This document shows positions 10,488 to 19,136 of a stretch of 64,000 nt of DNA, piece by piece; within the stretch, counting starts at the first letter, position 1, and the number at the start of each line of letters is the position of its first letter. This DNA comes from an uncultured Alphaproteobacteria bacterium. Its GTDB lineage: Bacteria; Pseudomonadota; Alphaproteobacteria; Methylaequorales; Methylaequoraceae. Location of the stretch: contig CABZFH010000002.1 in NCBI GenBank assembly GCA_902524895.1, forward strand, positions 74,505 to 138,504, given 5' to 3'. Made by a program: the position numbers and the translations under genes. The notes below the pieces were generated by a model that searched no databases, was not told where the DNA came from, and saw nothing but the letters and a program-made list of their open reading frames with translations.

Positions 10488-11171
10488 TTGAATAAAAATC
10501 AAAATTTGACTGGTATAATTTTTGGAGCGACAGGTAATATTGGTGAGAAACTAACACTCAAACTGGCAAAAAAAAATTGTAATCTAATTATCCATGGGCG
10601 TACCAAAGAGAAATTGTTAATTTTAAACGATAAATTAAAAAAGATTAATCAAAATGTAACATTATTACAATGTGACTTATCAAAATTTAATGAAATACCA
10701 AAATTAGGTAGGGTAATTACTCAAAAATATGAAAAAATTGATTTTTTTGTGAGTTTAATAAGTGTGATAAAAAAATTGTGTCCATTAACAGATCTAGACT
10801 ACGAAGAATGGGATAAACTTATAAATTTAAATTTAAGTACTAACTGGAAAATTTTAAAAAGTATTGAACCACTTTTACTTAAGTCAAAAAAATCAAAAAT
10901 ATTTTTTTTGTCAAATGATCTTATTTCAAGGGGATATCCATATTTTCATGCATATTCTGTAGCGAAAGCGGGACTGCAAGCAATGACAAAAATTTATTCA
11001 AGAGAAAAAGAAAAATTTCAAGTGGAAATTAGAATGATAAATTTAAGTAGTATAAAAGTTGGTTTATTGGGAAAGTTTTTCTCAAATGTAACTTGTGAAG
11101 AAAAAAAAGATTTAGAAAAAAAGATCGATCTTATAGTTAATAATATTACTAACCAAAAACCTCTTTTGTAA
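10488..11171 (+). CDS. Short-chain dehydrogenase/reductase
   Basis: GATGNIG and AYSVAK (YxxxK); usual neighbour of purF in alphaproteobacteria. Confidence 0.85.
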   Translation: MNKNQNLTGIIFGATGNIGEKLTLKLAKKNCNLIIHGRTKEKLLILNDKLKKINQNVTLLQCDLSKFNEIPKLGRVITQKYEKIDFFVSLISVIKKLCPLTDLDYEEWDKLINLNLSTNWKILKSIEPLLLKSKKSKIFFLSNDLISRGYPYFHAYSVAKAGLQAMTKIYSREKEKFQVEIRMINLSSIKVGLLGKFFSNVTCEEKKDLEKKIDLIVNNITNQKPLL

Positions 11172-12423
11172 TTGTTTGATACCAACCTTTTGAATGTTCA
11201 ACTTCTATATTGCGTTGAAGTTTGTTATCATTAATATTACTCTCGGATGTTCCCAATGAAACTATCTTATCATCAAACTTATTTACTTTGTACCAAGATG
11301 AAATTGAAAATACATAATTAGGTGCTGCAAAACTATAACAGGTATTAAAAAAAACAGGATTTAAAATTTCCTTATCTAATATAATATTTTTAAGGTTTTC
11401 TGCACACACTTTGGCTTGGCTATTTGCTGAAAATGCAGATTTAGGCATATCTCCAGCATTAATACAATCACCGACAGCATGGACAGATTTGTGATTCCTT
11501 AATTCAAATGTTGAGGGGTTTACTTCTAACCAATCATTATCATTATCATTTAAAAATAGATTTTTTTTTTTTTGATTTGGAATGATATTAATAAATTCAC
11601 CTTTAAATTTTTGTCCTGTTTCTGTGATTAAGGATTTATTTTTATAATCTAGTTTTATGACCTTTCCTCCCTGACTTCGCGATATCCACTCAAAACTATC
11701 AGGATATAGTTCGTTCCATGCTTTAAAGAATAATTTTTTTTTTGTAAAAGAATCCTTACTATCTAGAATTATTATTTTAAAGCGCATACCTCTTTTTTTT
11801 AAATTATAAGCTATTAAGGATGCTCTTTCGTATGGTGCTGGTGGACATCTATAAGGGTAATCAGGTGCTGACAAAAGTATGGTTGAATTGTCTTCTAAGC
11901 TGTTAACTTTATCTAAAATTATTTTTGCATCAGCTCCATCCCAACCATGAGGTAAATTTTTATTGGTTTCAATATTATAACCTTCAATATCATCCCATTT
12001 AAAATCAATTCCTGGGGAAATAACTAACCAATCGTAGTTAAGAAATTCGTCATTAGAAAATTTTATAATTTTTTTTTCTGAGTCAATAAATTTAACTTCA
12101 TTATAAATTAACTTTACATCATTATATTTTAAATTATTCAAACTAAATTTATTATCTTTAAGTGACCTAAATCCTCCAACAACTGAATTTGAATAAGGAC
12201 AAGTGTAATAATATTTATTTTTTTCTACTAAAAAAATATCTAATTGGTTAGAAAACTTCTGCAAATAAGATAGACAACTTCCCCCTCCAAAACCACCACC
12301 AATTATCACTACTTTAGGTCTGTAATTAGCTCTAACTCCTTTTAAAAAGGGAAATGAAAGAAAACTTATGCCTAAAGTTTTAATGAATCTTCTTTTATTT
12401 AAATTTATTTTATTTTTTTTCAT
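11149..12423 (-). CDS. fccB: Flavocytochrome c sulfide dehydrogenase flavoprotein subunit (FccB/SoxF family)
   Basis: Tat motif KRRFIK, VVIIGGGFGG, YYTCPYSN, PYRCPPAPYERA, AVGD, MPKSAFSANSQAK, NTCYS. ATG at 12423. Confidence 0.88.
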   Translation of the reverse strand: MKKNKINLNKRRFIKTLGISFLSFPFLKGVRANYRPKVVIIGGGFGGGSCLSYLQKFSNQLDIFLVEKNKYYYTCPYSNSVVGGFRSLKDNKFSLNNLKYNDVKLIYNEVKFIDSEKKIIKFSNDEFLNYDWLVISPGIDFKWDDIEGYNIETNKNLPHGWDGADAKIILDKVNSLEDNSTILLSAPDYPYRCPPAPYERASLIAYNLKKRGMRFKIIILDSKDSFTKKKLFFKAWNELYPDSFEWISRSQGGKVIKLDYKNKSLITETGQKFKGEFINIIPNQKKKNLFLNDNDNDWLEVNPSTFELRNHKSVHAVGDCINAGDMPKSAFSANSQAKVCAENLKNIILDKEILNPVFFNTCYSFAAPNYVFSISSWYKVNKFDDKIVSLGTSESNINDNKLQRNIEVEHSKGWYQTITKEVFG

Positions 12424-12712
12424 AATAGTAATCTGCCAAAGCTCTAATATCGTCAAGATTAAGTACTTTTGTTATCCTGTGCATTATTGAATCATCGTTA
12501 ATTTTTTGAAAATCAATCATTTGTTTGATAAAAACTTCTCTCTCTTTTTCGAAAAATGAGGGAATTAGTTCGCTGTGATTATTTTCAAGATGACAACTAG
12601 CGCAATTATTCACAATCATTTTTATATTTATTTCATCTTTACTGTTCGATAGAACAGGTTTTTGAAAAAAAAGTAAACATAAAAATAAAGGTATAGTTAG
12701 TAAATTAATCAT
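12410..12712 (-). CDS. Monoheme c-type cytochrome, probable partner of FccB
   Basis: Signal peptide, CASCH, distal Met in SIMHRI; overlaps the fccB start. Confidence 0.85.
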   Translation of the reverse strand: MINLLTIPLFLCLLFFQKPVLSNSKDEINIKMIVNNCASCHLENNHSELIPSFFEKEREVFIKQMIDFQKINDDSIMHRITKVLNLDDIRALADYYYEKK

Positions 12713-14039
12713 ATGGATTATTAGATTTGATAAGTTTTAATGTGATAATTATACCCTCCAACTTAAATGTTTTTTTTAAATTATTAGTTAAAAATTTTTT
12801 ATAATTTTCTTTTATAGCTAAAGGATAATTTGTAAACAATAAAAATTTTGGCGGTCTAGTATTTACTTGAGTAATATATTTTAATTTTACTTCCTTACCA
12901 TGATTTAATGATGGTGGGTTAATTTTAGAGATTTTACTTAACCATTTGTTTAATTTATTCGTACTTATCCTTTTTTGCCAAATTGGCAAAAAGTTTATGA
13001 TGCCACCTATTAGTTGTTCTAAACCTTTTTTTTGTAAAGCTGAAATAAAAAAAATTGGACAATTTTTTATCTCAGGGAAAGAGTTGTAAATATTTTTTTT
13101 AATATAGTCTTTGGAAATATTTTCTATTTTATCTATTTTATTTATTACTATTATTAAGCATCTAGCTTCGTTTACTATTTGCCTTATGATTTGATAATTA
13201 AATTTTTCAAAATAGTTATTTATATCAATTAATAATATTATCACTTCAGATAACCTGATTTTTCTTTTTGTTTCATTGATTGATATTAAATTAATCGTTT
13301 CAGTTTTATTTTTTAAACGAGTCATACCAGCAGTATCAAAAAGTCTAAAATTTAGATTCTTCCAAACTAAATTTGCTTCAACGGGATCTCTTGTTACATG
13401 GGGAAGGTTACTTGTCACAGACAGTTTTTTTCCAACTAAAGAGTTTAAGAGTGTCGATTTTCCTGTATTAGTTTTTCCAACAATTGCAATAGAGTGATCT
13501 GGTAATTTTTTGTTGCTTTCAGGAATATTTTCAAACTTTTCAGGAATTTCTGAATCTATTTTTAATTTGAGATCTGTAATTCCAATTTTATGTTCGGCAG
13601 ATACAAATAGTGGTGCACCTAAGCCAATTTTTTTTATATCACTTTCGATTGAAGGAAATAATTTTCCCTCAGATTTATTTACAACAAGTAATTTTTTTGT
13701 TTTCAAACGTCTTAATAATTTGACAATTTCTAAATCCTCATAAGTAAATTGCTTATTGCCCTCCACAACAAAAAGAATTAAATTTGAATTATAAATTTCA
13801 GACATTGTGAGTTCTAAAATTTTTTGATTTAAATCAGAGTCTTTTAAAGAAGTTTTTTGAATTCCTGCAGAATCAATTAAGCTATAAGTTTTTCCTAAAA
13901 AATTAATTTTTATTCTCTTTAAATCTCTTGTTAAACCTGAATAATTTTTAACTAATGCAAGGTTTTTCTCTGAGATTGCATTAAACAAGCAAGATTTTCC
14001 AACATTTGGTTTTCCCAAAATTATCACTTTAAAACACAT
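12705..14039 (-). CDS. der: Ribosome biogenesis GTPase Der (EngA)
   Basis: Two G domains (GKPNVGKS/DSAG and GKTNTGKST/DTAG/NKID) and a KH-like C-terminus (KLKYITQV...PPKF). Confidence 0.95.
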   Translation of the reverse strand: MCFKVIILGKPNVGKSCLFNAISEKNLALVKNYSGLTRDLKRIKINFLGKTYSLIDSAGIQKTSLKDSDLNQKILELTMSEIYNSNLILFVVEGNKQFTYEDLEIVKLLRRLKTKKLLVVNKSEGKLFPSIESDIKKIGLGAPLFVSAEHKIGITDLKLKIDSEIPEKFENIPESNKKLPDHSIAIVGKTNTGKSTLLNSLVGKKLSVTSNLPHVTRDPVEANLVWKNLNFRLFDTAGMTRLKNKTETINLISINETKRKIRLSEVIILLIDINNYFEKFNYQIIRQIVNEARCLIIVINKIDKIENISKDYIKKNIYNSFPEIKNCPIFFISALQKKGLEQLIGGIINFLPIWQKRISTNKLNKWLSKISKINPPSLNHGKEVKLKYITQVNTRPPKFLLFTNYPLAIKENYKKFLTNNLKKTFKLEGIIITLKLIKSNNPYD

Positions 14040-14040
14040 T

Positions 14041-15330
14041 TCATTTGTATGATATTAGTTCACCATCTTCTGTTAGAAAATAAATAGAAGTACTAGAGTG
14101 AATTGGTGAAATTGTGATTGGTGCATTTTCATCAGATATACTGATAACTTTACCATCATAAGGAGATAATGATATTATTTTACCTTCTGAGCTAGCTAGT
14201 ATAAGTTTATAAGAAGAAAGAATTGGACCAACCCAACTCAAAACCTGTTTTTTAAAATTTTTTTTTAATTGAACAACCCATATTATCTCTCCTTTTTTTT
14301 TTTCTATGCAATATAATTTATTGTTCGTATCCACTAAAAAAATATAATCTCCTGAAATAACTATTGGATTAATTGTTGATAAATTTAATTCCCAACTTCT
14401 TTCCCCATCTATTAAGTTGAAAACAACAAATTTTCCTGAAAAACTTGAAACATACAACTTATCCTCAAAAATTACTGGAGGTGATTGTATATCAGTAATC
14501 AATCCGTCTCCAAATAAACCGGTATCTCCAAGATTTTCATACCATTGAATTGTACCATTATTTTCATTTAATGCATAAATTTCTCCAGTAGAGTATGTCA
14601 CATATACAATGCCATTTTTAATAGCTGGATTGACTCCACCAATTATTGAAACATTTTCAATATTACCACTATGATCCCAAATCTCATCTCCATTAGTTGC
14701 ATCAAAAACTATTAACTGATTATCATCAGTGGTAACAAATACTTTTTGTTTGTTAACAACTGGAGGTGCGGAAATCTGAGTAAGAATGTTTTCTTTCCAG
14801 ATTAAATTACCATCTAGATAATTCAACGCATAAATATTTCCAAGACCTGTTGTAATAAATAAAATATCATTATCTGCTGCCAATCCTCCCGTAAAATTAA
14901 TTTTTTCTTTTTTTTCCTCCGAAAGAAATTTGGTCCAAATCAAATCCCCTTTTTCTGAATTTCGAGCTTCAATTTTAGATTTGTTATCAATAGTGAATAT
15001 TTTGTTTTTATAAACAATAGGCTTAGCAATGTAAGGGCCTAGTTTGCTTTTACCTTTTCCAATTTTTTTTCTCCACTGCTTTTTGAGATTTTTTTTACTT
15101 AAGAAATGGAAATTATGATTAGCAACGTTTTGATTGCTTTGTGACCAATCTTTAATTAATTCTGGTTCTGGAAGAACTACTTTTGCAAGTGATTTAACTA
15201 ATCTTTTTTCTTCATTTTTGAAAACTTTTTCTCTTTTTCCACTAAGCTTTATTTCTTCTTCTTCAAAATAATCAAGAATTGAACATGAACTAAATGTCAT
15301 CAACGAAAACAATAATAATAGCTTTAACAA
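14041..15330 (-). CDS. bamB: PQQ-type beta-propeller lipoprotein, BamB-like
   Basis: Lipobox-like FSSC, repeated GxLIW blades, conserved yfgM-bamB-der order. Confidence 0.85.
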   Translation of the reverse strand: MLKLLLLFSLMTFSSCSILDYFEEEEIKLSGKREKVFKNEEKRLVKSLAKVVLPEPELIKDWSQSNQNVANHNFHFLSKKNLKKQWRKKIGKGKSKLGPYIAKPIVYKNKIFTIDNKSKIEARNSEKGDLIWTKFLSEEKKEKINFTGGLAADNDILFITTGLGNIYALNYLDGNLIWKENILTQISAPPVVNKQKVFVTTDDNQLIVFDATNGDEIWDHSGNIENVSIIGGVNPAIKNGIVYVTYSTGEIYALNENNGTIQWYENLGDTGLFGDGLITDIQSPPVIFEDKLYVSSFSGKFVVFNLIDGERSWELNLSTINPIVISGDYIFLVDTNNKLYCIEKKKGEIIWVVQLKKNFKKQVLSWVGPILSSYKLILASSEGKIISLSPYDGKVISISDENAPITISPIHSSTSIYFLTEDGELISYK

Positions 15331-15331
15331 G

Positions 15332-15976
15332 TTAGTTGCCTTCTAGAAAATCTACCATGTCTCGAGCTCTTGAAGCCAAAGTTGTAGGTGCATTTCCCAT
15401 TTCTATAATTGTGTTAAAAGTTTTTTTTGATTCAGCGAATTTCTTATCATTTAGTAAAATAAAACCTTTTAGTTCTAGTGCAGAATACTTCCAAGAACTG
15501 TTTTCTGTCAATCTTTCAATTTTATCTAACAAAATATCTGACGGTTTGTGGTCAATAGCGTTTAGTACAAATAGAATTGTTGACATGTCTTTGAAAGATT
15601 GGTCAAAAGCTGTTTTTTCTAAATCTTCATAAATCTCTAATCCTGCCATGATTTGTTTTTTTTGTATAAGAATTGAAGCTTTTTTCATTTTTGCAATAGT
15701 GACATATCCATCAGAAGCCTTATCAGTAATTCTCTCTAATGCAATTAATGCGGTGTCGAAATCCTCTTCTTTTATAAGTTCGACAGCAGCTGTAAAATCG
15801 TCTCCTAATTTTTGTTTTTTATCTTCAGTATAATTGTTCCAAAAGACAACGCCTGAGGTAAATAGTACTATTCCTATAGCTAAGCTTATAACATATGGCC
15901 CGATTTTCCTCCAAATTTTAGCGTACCTTTCTTCTTGCAATTCTTCATCAACTTCTCTAATAAATTCTTCACTCAT
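15332..15976 (-). CDS. YfgM-like TPR membrane protein
   Basis: EFIREVDEELQEERYAKIW, one TM, TPR-like helices; upstream of bamB. Confidence 0.82.
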   Translation of the reverse strand: MSEEFIREVDEELQEERYAKIWRKIGPYVISLAIGIVLFTSGVVFWNNYTEDKKQKLGDDFTAAVELIKEEDFDTALIALERITDKASDGYVTIAKMKKASILIQKKQIMAGLEIYEDLEKTAFDQSFKDMSTILFVLNAIDHKPSDILLDKIERLTENSSWKYSALELKGFILLNDKKFAESKKTFNTIIEMGNAPTTLASRARDMVDFLEGN

Positions 15977-16059
15977 TTTTCTCTAGCAATATAAAAAATT
16001 AATAATAAAATAATATTAGTTATATTTATATTATTTCATAAAAATTTCAAATTATTAAA

Positions 16060-16380
16060 ATGAGAATATTAAAACTAAAAACTAAGAAGAGGAAGCTTAT
16101 AAGATTTGATAAGCTTGAAATTAATAAAATTATGGAAATCTACAGTATAAAAATTTCTTCAGGTGAATGGAAAGATTATTCTATTTGTTTTAGAAGTAAT
16201 TATGCCCTTTTTTGTATCCATAAATCTGCTTTTACCGAACCGACATTCGAAATAATGAAAATTAAAAATAAAAATCCTATGTTCTCATTGTGGTCTAATT
16301 CAAAATTAATTAGAAAATCAGAGTCACTTTCTAAAATATTGATTTACTTTAAAAAGCCAAACCTTACTCTGATTAATTAG
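16060..16380 (+). CDS. DUF2794-family protein
   Basis: FDKLEINKIMEIYS...SGEWKDYSI...ALFCI...EPTFEIMK pattern. Confidence 0.7.
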   Translation: MRILKLKTKKRKLIRFDKLEINKIMEIYSIKISSGEWKDYSICFRSNYALFCIHKSAFTEPTFEIMKIKNKNPMFSLWSNSKLIRKSESLSKILIYFKKPNLTLIN

Positions 16381-16696
16381 TTTTTTTCATACCAGAAGTA
16401 TATTCTCTCTGCTTAGATTTATGTAATCTTTGAATTCCCATAACACCCATAAAAATAAAGTCTTCTTTACCAGAATCCCACTTTATCAACACGTTACCAT
16501 CAATAATTTCCCAAAATCCATGTTGGCCGTTTCCGTAATTTGATGTAGCAATTCCATTTTTTTTCAAAACTATATTAAACTCCGATTGCCATTGATCTAG
16601 AGCTAGCCATTCTCCAACCCATTTTTCGCTAACACTACTGTATGAATTTTCTGAAAATAAAATAGCAAAAAGGAAAAAAAAAAATTTAATTTTCAT
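16373..16696 (-). CDS. Hypothetical secreted protein
   Basis: Signal peptide, then a Trp/Gly-rich, probably beta-rich body. Confidence 0.6.
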   Translation of the reverse strand: MKIKFFFFLFAILFSENSYSSVSEKWVGEWLALDQWQSEFNIVLKKNGIATSNYGNGQHGFWEIIDGNVLIKWDSGKEDFIFMGVMGIQRLHKSKQREYTSGMKKTN

Positions 16697-16859
16697 TTTT
16701 TTCTTTCCTTCTTTTTAAATTTTTAATAATTTTTTTTTTTTGTTTACTTGAAAAATTTAACCAGTTTTCAATTTCATAAATAGTTCTGAAGCATGATGTA
16801 CAACTTTGTCGATTTGTATCAAGTTTACATATTCCTAAACATGGAGAATTAATATTCAT
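16686..16859 (-). CDS. DUF1289-family small Cys-rich protein, 57 aa, below the ORF-track cutoff
   Basis: Manual translation: MNINSPCLGICKLDTNRQSCTSCFRTIYEIENWLNFSSKQKKKIIKNLKRRKENEN*. Confidence 0.8.
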   Translation of the reverse strand: MNINSPCLGICKLDTNRQSCTSCFRTIYEIENWLNFSSKQKKKIIKNLKRRKEKNEN

Positions 16860-16955
16860 CTTATTTAACTAATATATTATATTTACTATTTAAATAAAAT
16901 TAATTAATTTAAAAGCAATATAAATAATTTTTTTAAATATCAAAATAAAATTATT

Positions 16956-17882
16956 ATGAAAAAAAAAATATATATTTTCACATTTTACAAGTTTATCACT
17001 ATTTCAGATAAGTCTACTTTACAAAGAAAAATATTAGACTTAATGAAAACTAATTCTATTTTTGGAACCATTCTAATTGCTAATGAAGGAATAAATGGAA
17101 CAGTTTCAAGTCATTTAGAAAATTTAAAAAAACTTAAAGTACTGATACTAAATAAAGTATCTATTGATATACGTTTTAAAAAATACTCTTGTTCAAATTA
17201 TCCTTTCATAAGGCAAAAAGTCAAAATTAAAAATGAAATTGTAAAAATGGGTGTAAATAATATAGATGTTCAAAAATTTACTGCCCAATTTCTTGAACCT
17301 AAGGAGTGGGAAAAGTTTTTGAAAAAAAAAGATACTGTTGTTGTAGACACACGAAACACATATGAATCAGAAATTGGAAATTTTAAAAACTCTATTTCTC
17401 CAAATACCTTATCCTTTAGTGAATTTCCAAAATGGATAGAAAAAAATAAAAAGAACTTTGAAAATAAAGTTGTTGCTATGTATTGCACGGGAGGTATTCG
17501 CTGTGAAAAAGCCTCATCTTACATGATAGAACAGGGTTTCAAAAATATTTATCAGCTTAAGGGGGGTATTCTAAACTATTTGAGAAAAACAGAAAAGAAA
17601 GATAGTTTATGGAATGGAGAGTGTTTTGTTTTTGATGATAGAGTGTCGGTAAATCATTCATTAAAAAAGGGAAAATTTATACAATGTTTTGCTTGTAAAT
17701 CTGCATTGACGAAAGAAGACACTCTTTCAAAATATTATAGAAAAGGAATTTCGTGTAAAAAATGTTTTAAAAAAACAACGCAGAAACAAAAAGAGGGTTT
17801 TAGGGAACGTGTAAGACAGATAAGCATAGCGAAAAAAAGAAGAATTTCACATTTAGGGAAAAAAAATATCAATTCTCAGTAA
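16956..17882 (+). CDS. trhO: Rhodanese-domain tRNA U34 hydroxylase (UPF0176)
   Basis: GTILIANEGINGT, DTRNTYESEIG, MYCTGGIRCEKA, QLKGGILNYL, GECFVFDDRV. Confidence 0.92.
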   Translation: MKKKIYIFTFYKFITISDKSTLQRKILDLMKTNSIFGTILIANEGINGTVSSHLENLKKLKVLILNKVSIDIRFKKYSCSNYPFIRQKVKIKNEIVKMGVNNIDVQKFTAQFLEPKEWEKFLKKKDTVVVDTRNTYESEIGNFKNSISPNTLSFSEFPKWIEKNKKNFENKVVAMYCTGGIRCEKASSYMIEQGFKNIYQLKGGILNYLRKTEKKDSLWNGECFVFDDRVSVNHSLKKGKFIQCFACKSALTKEDTLSKYYRKGISCKKCFKKTTQKQKEGFRERVRQISIAKKRRISHLGKKNINSQ

Positions 17883-18948
17883 CTTTTTGAATGGATAATT
17901 TTTTCATTTTTTCAATTAATGTAGTTCTGTTTATCTTTAAACATTCTGATGCTTTAGTCACAGATCCTTTGTTTTTTTCCAAAGCTGATTCTATTAATGT
18001 TATTTCAACCTCACTCAAGTATCTTCTTAAGTCGATCTTATCCATATACTCAAACCATTTTTTATAGTGACTAGGATGGGGTAATATGTGATCTGCAGTT
18101 TCTTGAGTATCATTTTTATTTAACTTTACTAAATCGGACGTTAAATTCCATAACTCTTCTTTTTCCTCCTCATCTTGAGGTAGGCTAATTCTTATTAAAT
18201 TATCTTTAATATTTTGTGAATCAATTAGTTTATTGGGAAATAAAATTGATGCTCTTTCTATCACATTCTTTAATTCTCTAACATTTCCTGGCCAAATATA
18301 TTCTTTTAATGCTCTAAGAGCAGAATTATCAAACTTGGGTATTTGAGCTCCATAGCTTTTCAATTCTTCAATCATATGTTCAACTAGAATAGGAATATCA
18401 TCATTTCTTTCTGCAAGAGTAGGTATCTCAATGGGAAAAACATTAATTCTATAAAACAAATCTGCTCTAAAACTTCCCTCCTCAATTTTTTGTTCTATAT
18501 TTTGATGGGTTGCGCAAACTAGACGTAAATCTAAGTTAATTTCTTTTTTTCCACCTACCCTTTGTATTTTTTTTGTTTCTATAGCTCTTAATAGTTTGGC
18601 TTGAAGAGTCATTGGCATATCGCCAATCTCGTCTAAAAATAATGTACCAAAATCAGAGAGTTCAAACCTCCCTTGTCTTTGAGAATCTGCACCAGTAAAA
18701 GCACCCTTTTCATGACCAAAAAGTTCGGATTCCAAAAGTTCAGACGGAATTGCAGCACAATTTACATTTACAAGTTGCCCTTTTCTTTTGGAACTGTAAT
18801 GGATTGCACGTGCTACAACGTCTTTTCCACAACCAGTTTCCCCTCTTAATAAAACTGTTGATGGTGACAAAGAAACCATTGAGACTAACTTTTTTAATTG
18901 TTTAGTTGCCTCACAATCTCCTTTTATAATATCTTCAATTTTATCCAT
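17869..18948 (-). CDS. fleQ: Sigma54 enhancer-binding protein, FleQ/FlrA-like, lacking an N-terminal sensory domain
   Basis: GETGCGKD, ESELFGHEKGAFTGA, LFLDEIGD, WPGNVREL; FleQ-type HTH (DLRRYLSEVE...INRTTLIEKMKK). ATG at 18948. Confidence 0.85.
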   Translation of the reverse strand: MDKIEDIIKGDCEATKQLKKLVSMVSLSPSTVLLRGETGCGKDVVARAIHYSSKRKGQLVNVNCAAIPSELLESELFGHEKGAFTGADSQRQGRFELSDFGTLFLDEIGDMPMTLQAKLLRAIETKKIQRVGGKKEINLDLRLVCATHQNIEQKIEEGSFRADLFYRINVFPIEIPTLAERNDDIPILVEHMIEELKSYGAQIPKFDNSALRALKEYIWPGNVRELKNVIERASILFPNKLIDSQNIKDNLIRISLPQDEEEKEELWNLTSDLVKLNKNDTQETADHILPHPSHYKKWFEYMDKIDLRRYLSEVEITLIESALEKNKGSVTKASECLKINRTTLIEKMKKLSIQKVTEN

Positions 18949-18984
18949 ACGTAGTGTCAAAAATTTGCTATATTCAGCTATTAA

Positions 18985-19006
18985 TATTGTCAGAATCCTG
19001 ACAATA
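18985..19006. promoter_or_regulatory. FleQ-type enhancer box (GTCA-N6-TGAC inside a perfect 9-bp inverted repeat)
   Basis: TATTGTCAG-AATC-CTGACAATA, about 80 bp upstream of the fleT sigma54 motif. Confidence 0.75.
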
Positions 19007-19033
19007 AGCAAATTTTAAAAAAAAATTTTACTC

Positions 19034-19046
19034 TAAGCTATTGTTT
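19034..19046 (-). promoter_or_regulatory. Possible IHF site
   Basis: AAACAA-TAGC-TTA, one mismatch to WATCAR-N4-TTR, between enhancer and promoter. Confidence 0.35.
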
Positions 19047-19086
19047 TTTAATATAAAAAAAAAAAAAATTTAAAAAAAAACTTATT

Positions 19087-19102
19087 TGGCCACGTTTTTG
19101 CT
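19087..19102 (+). promoter_or_regulatory. Sigma54 -24/-12 promoter of the fleT-fliEFGHIJ operon
   Basis: TGGCCACGTTTTTGCT (GG-N10-GC). Confidence 0.8.
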
Positions 19103-19136
19103 TTTGTATTTGTAACAACATTAACAGGGTCAAAGT

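Noticed and set aside
18949-19011. Longer N-terminal extension of FleQ in the ORF track (also 857, 6822, 12456, 30273, 33260, 47189, 60834)
   Set aside because: These upstream starts run through regulatory DNA or neighbouring genes; internal starts fit homology and coupling better.
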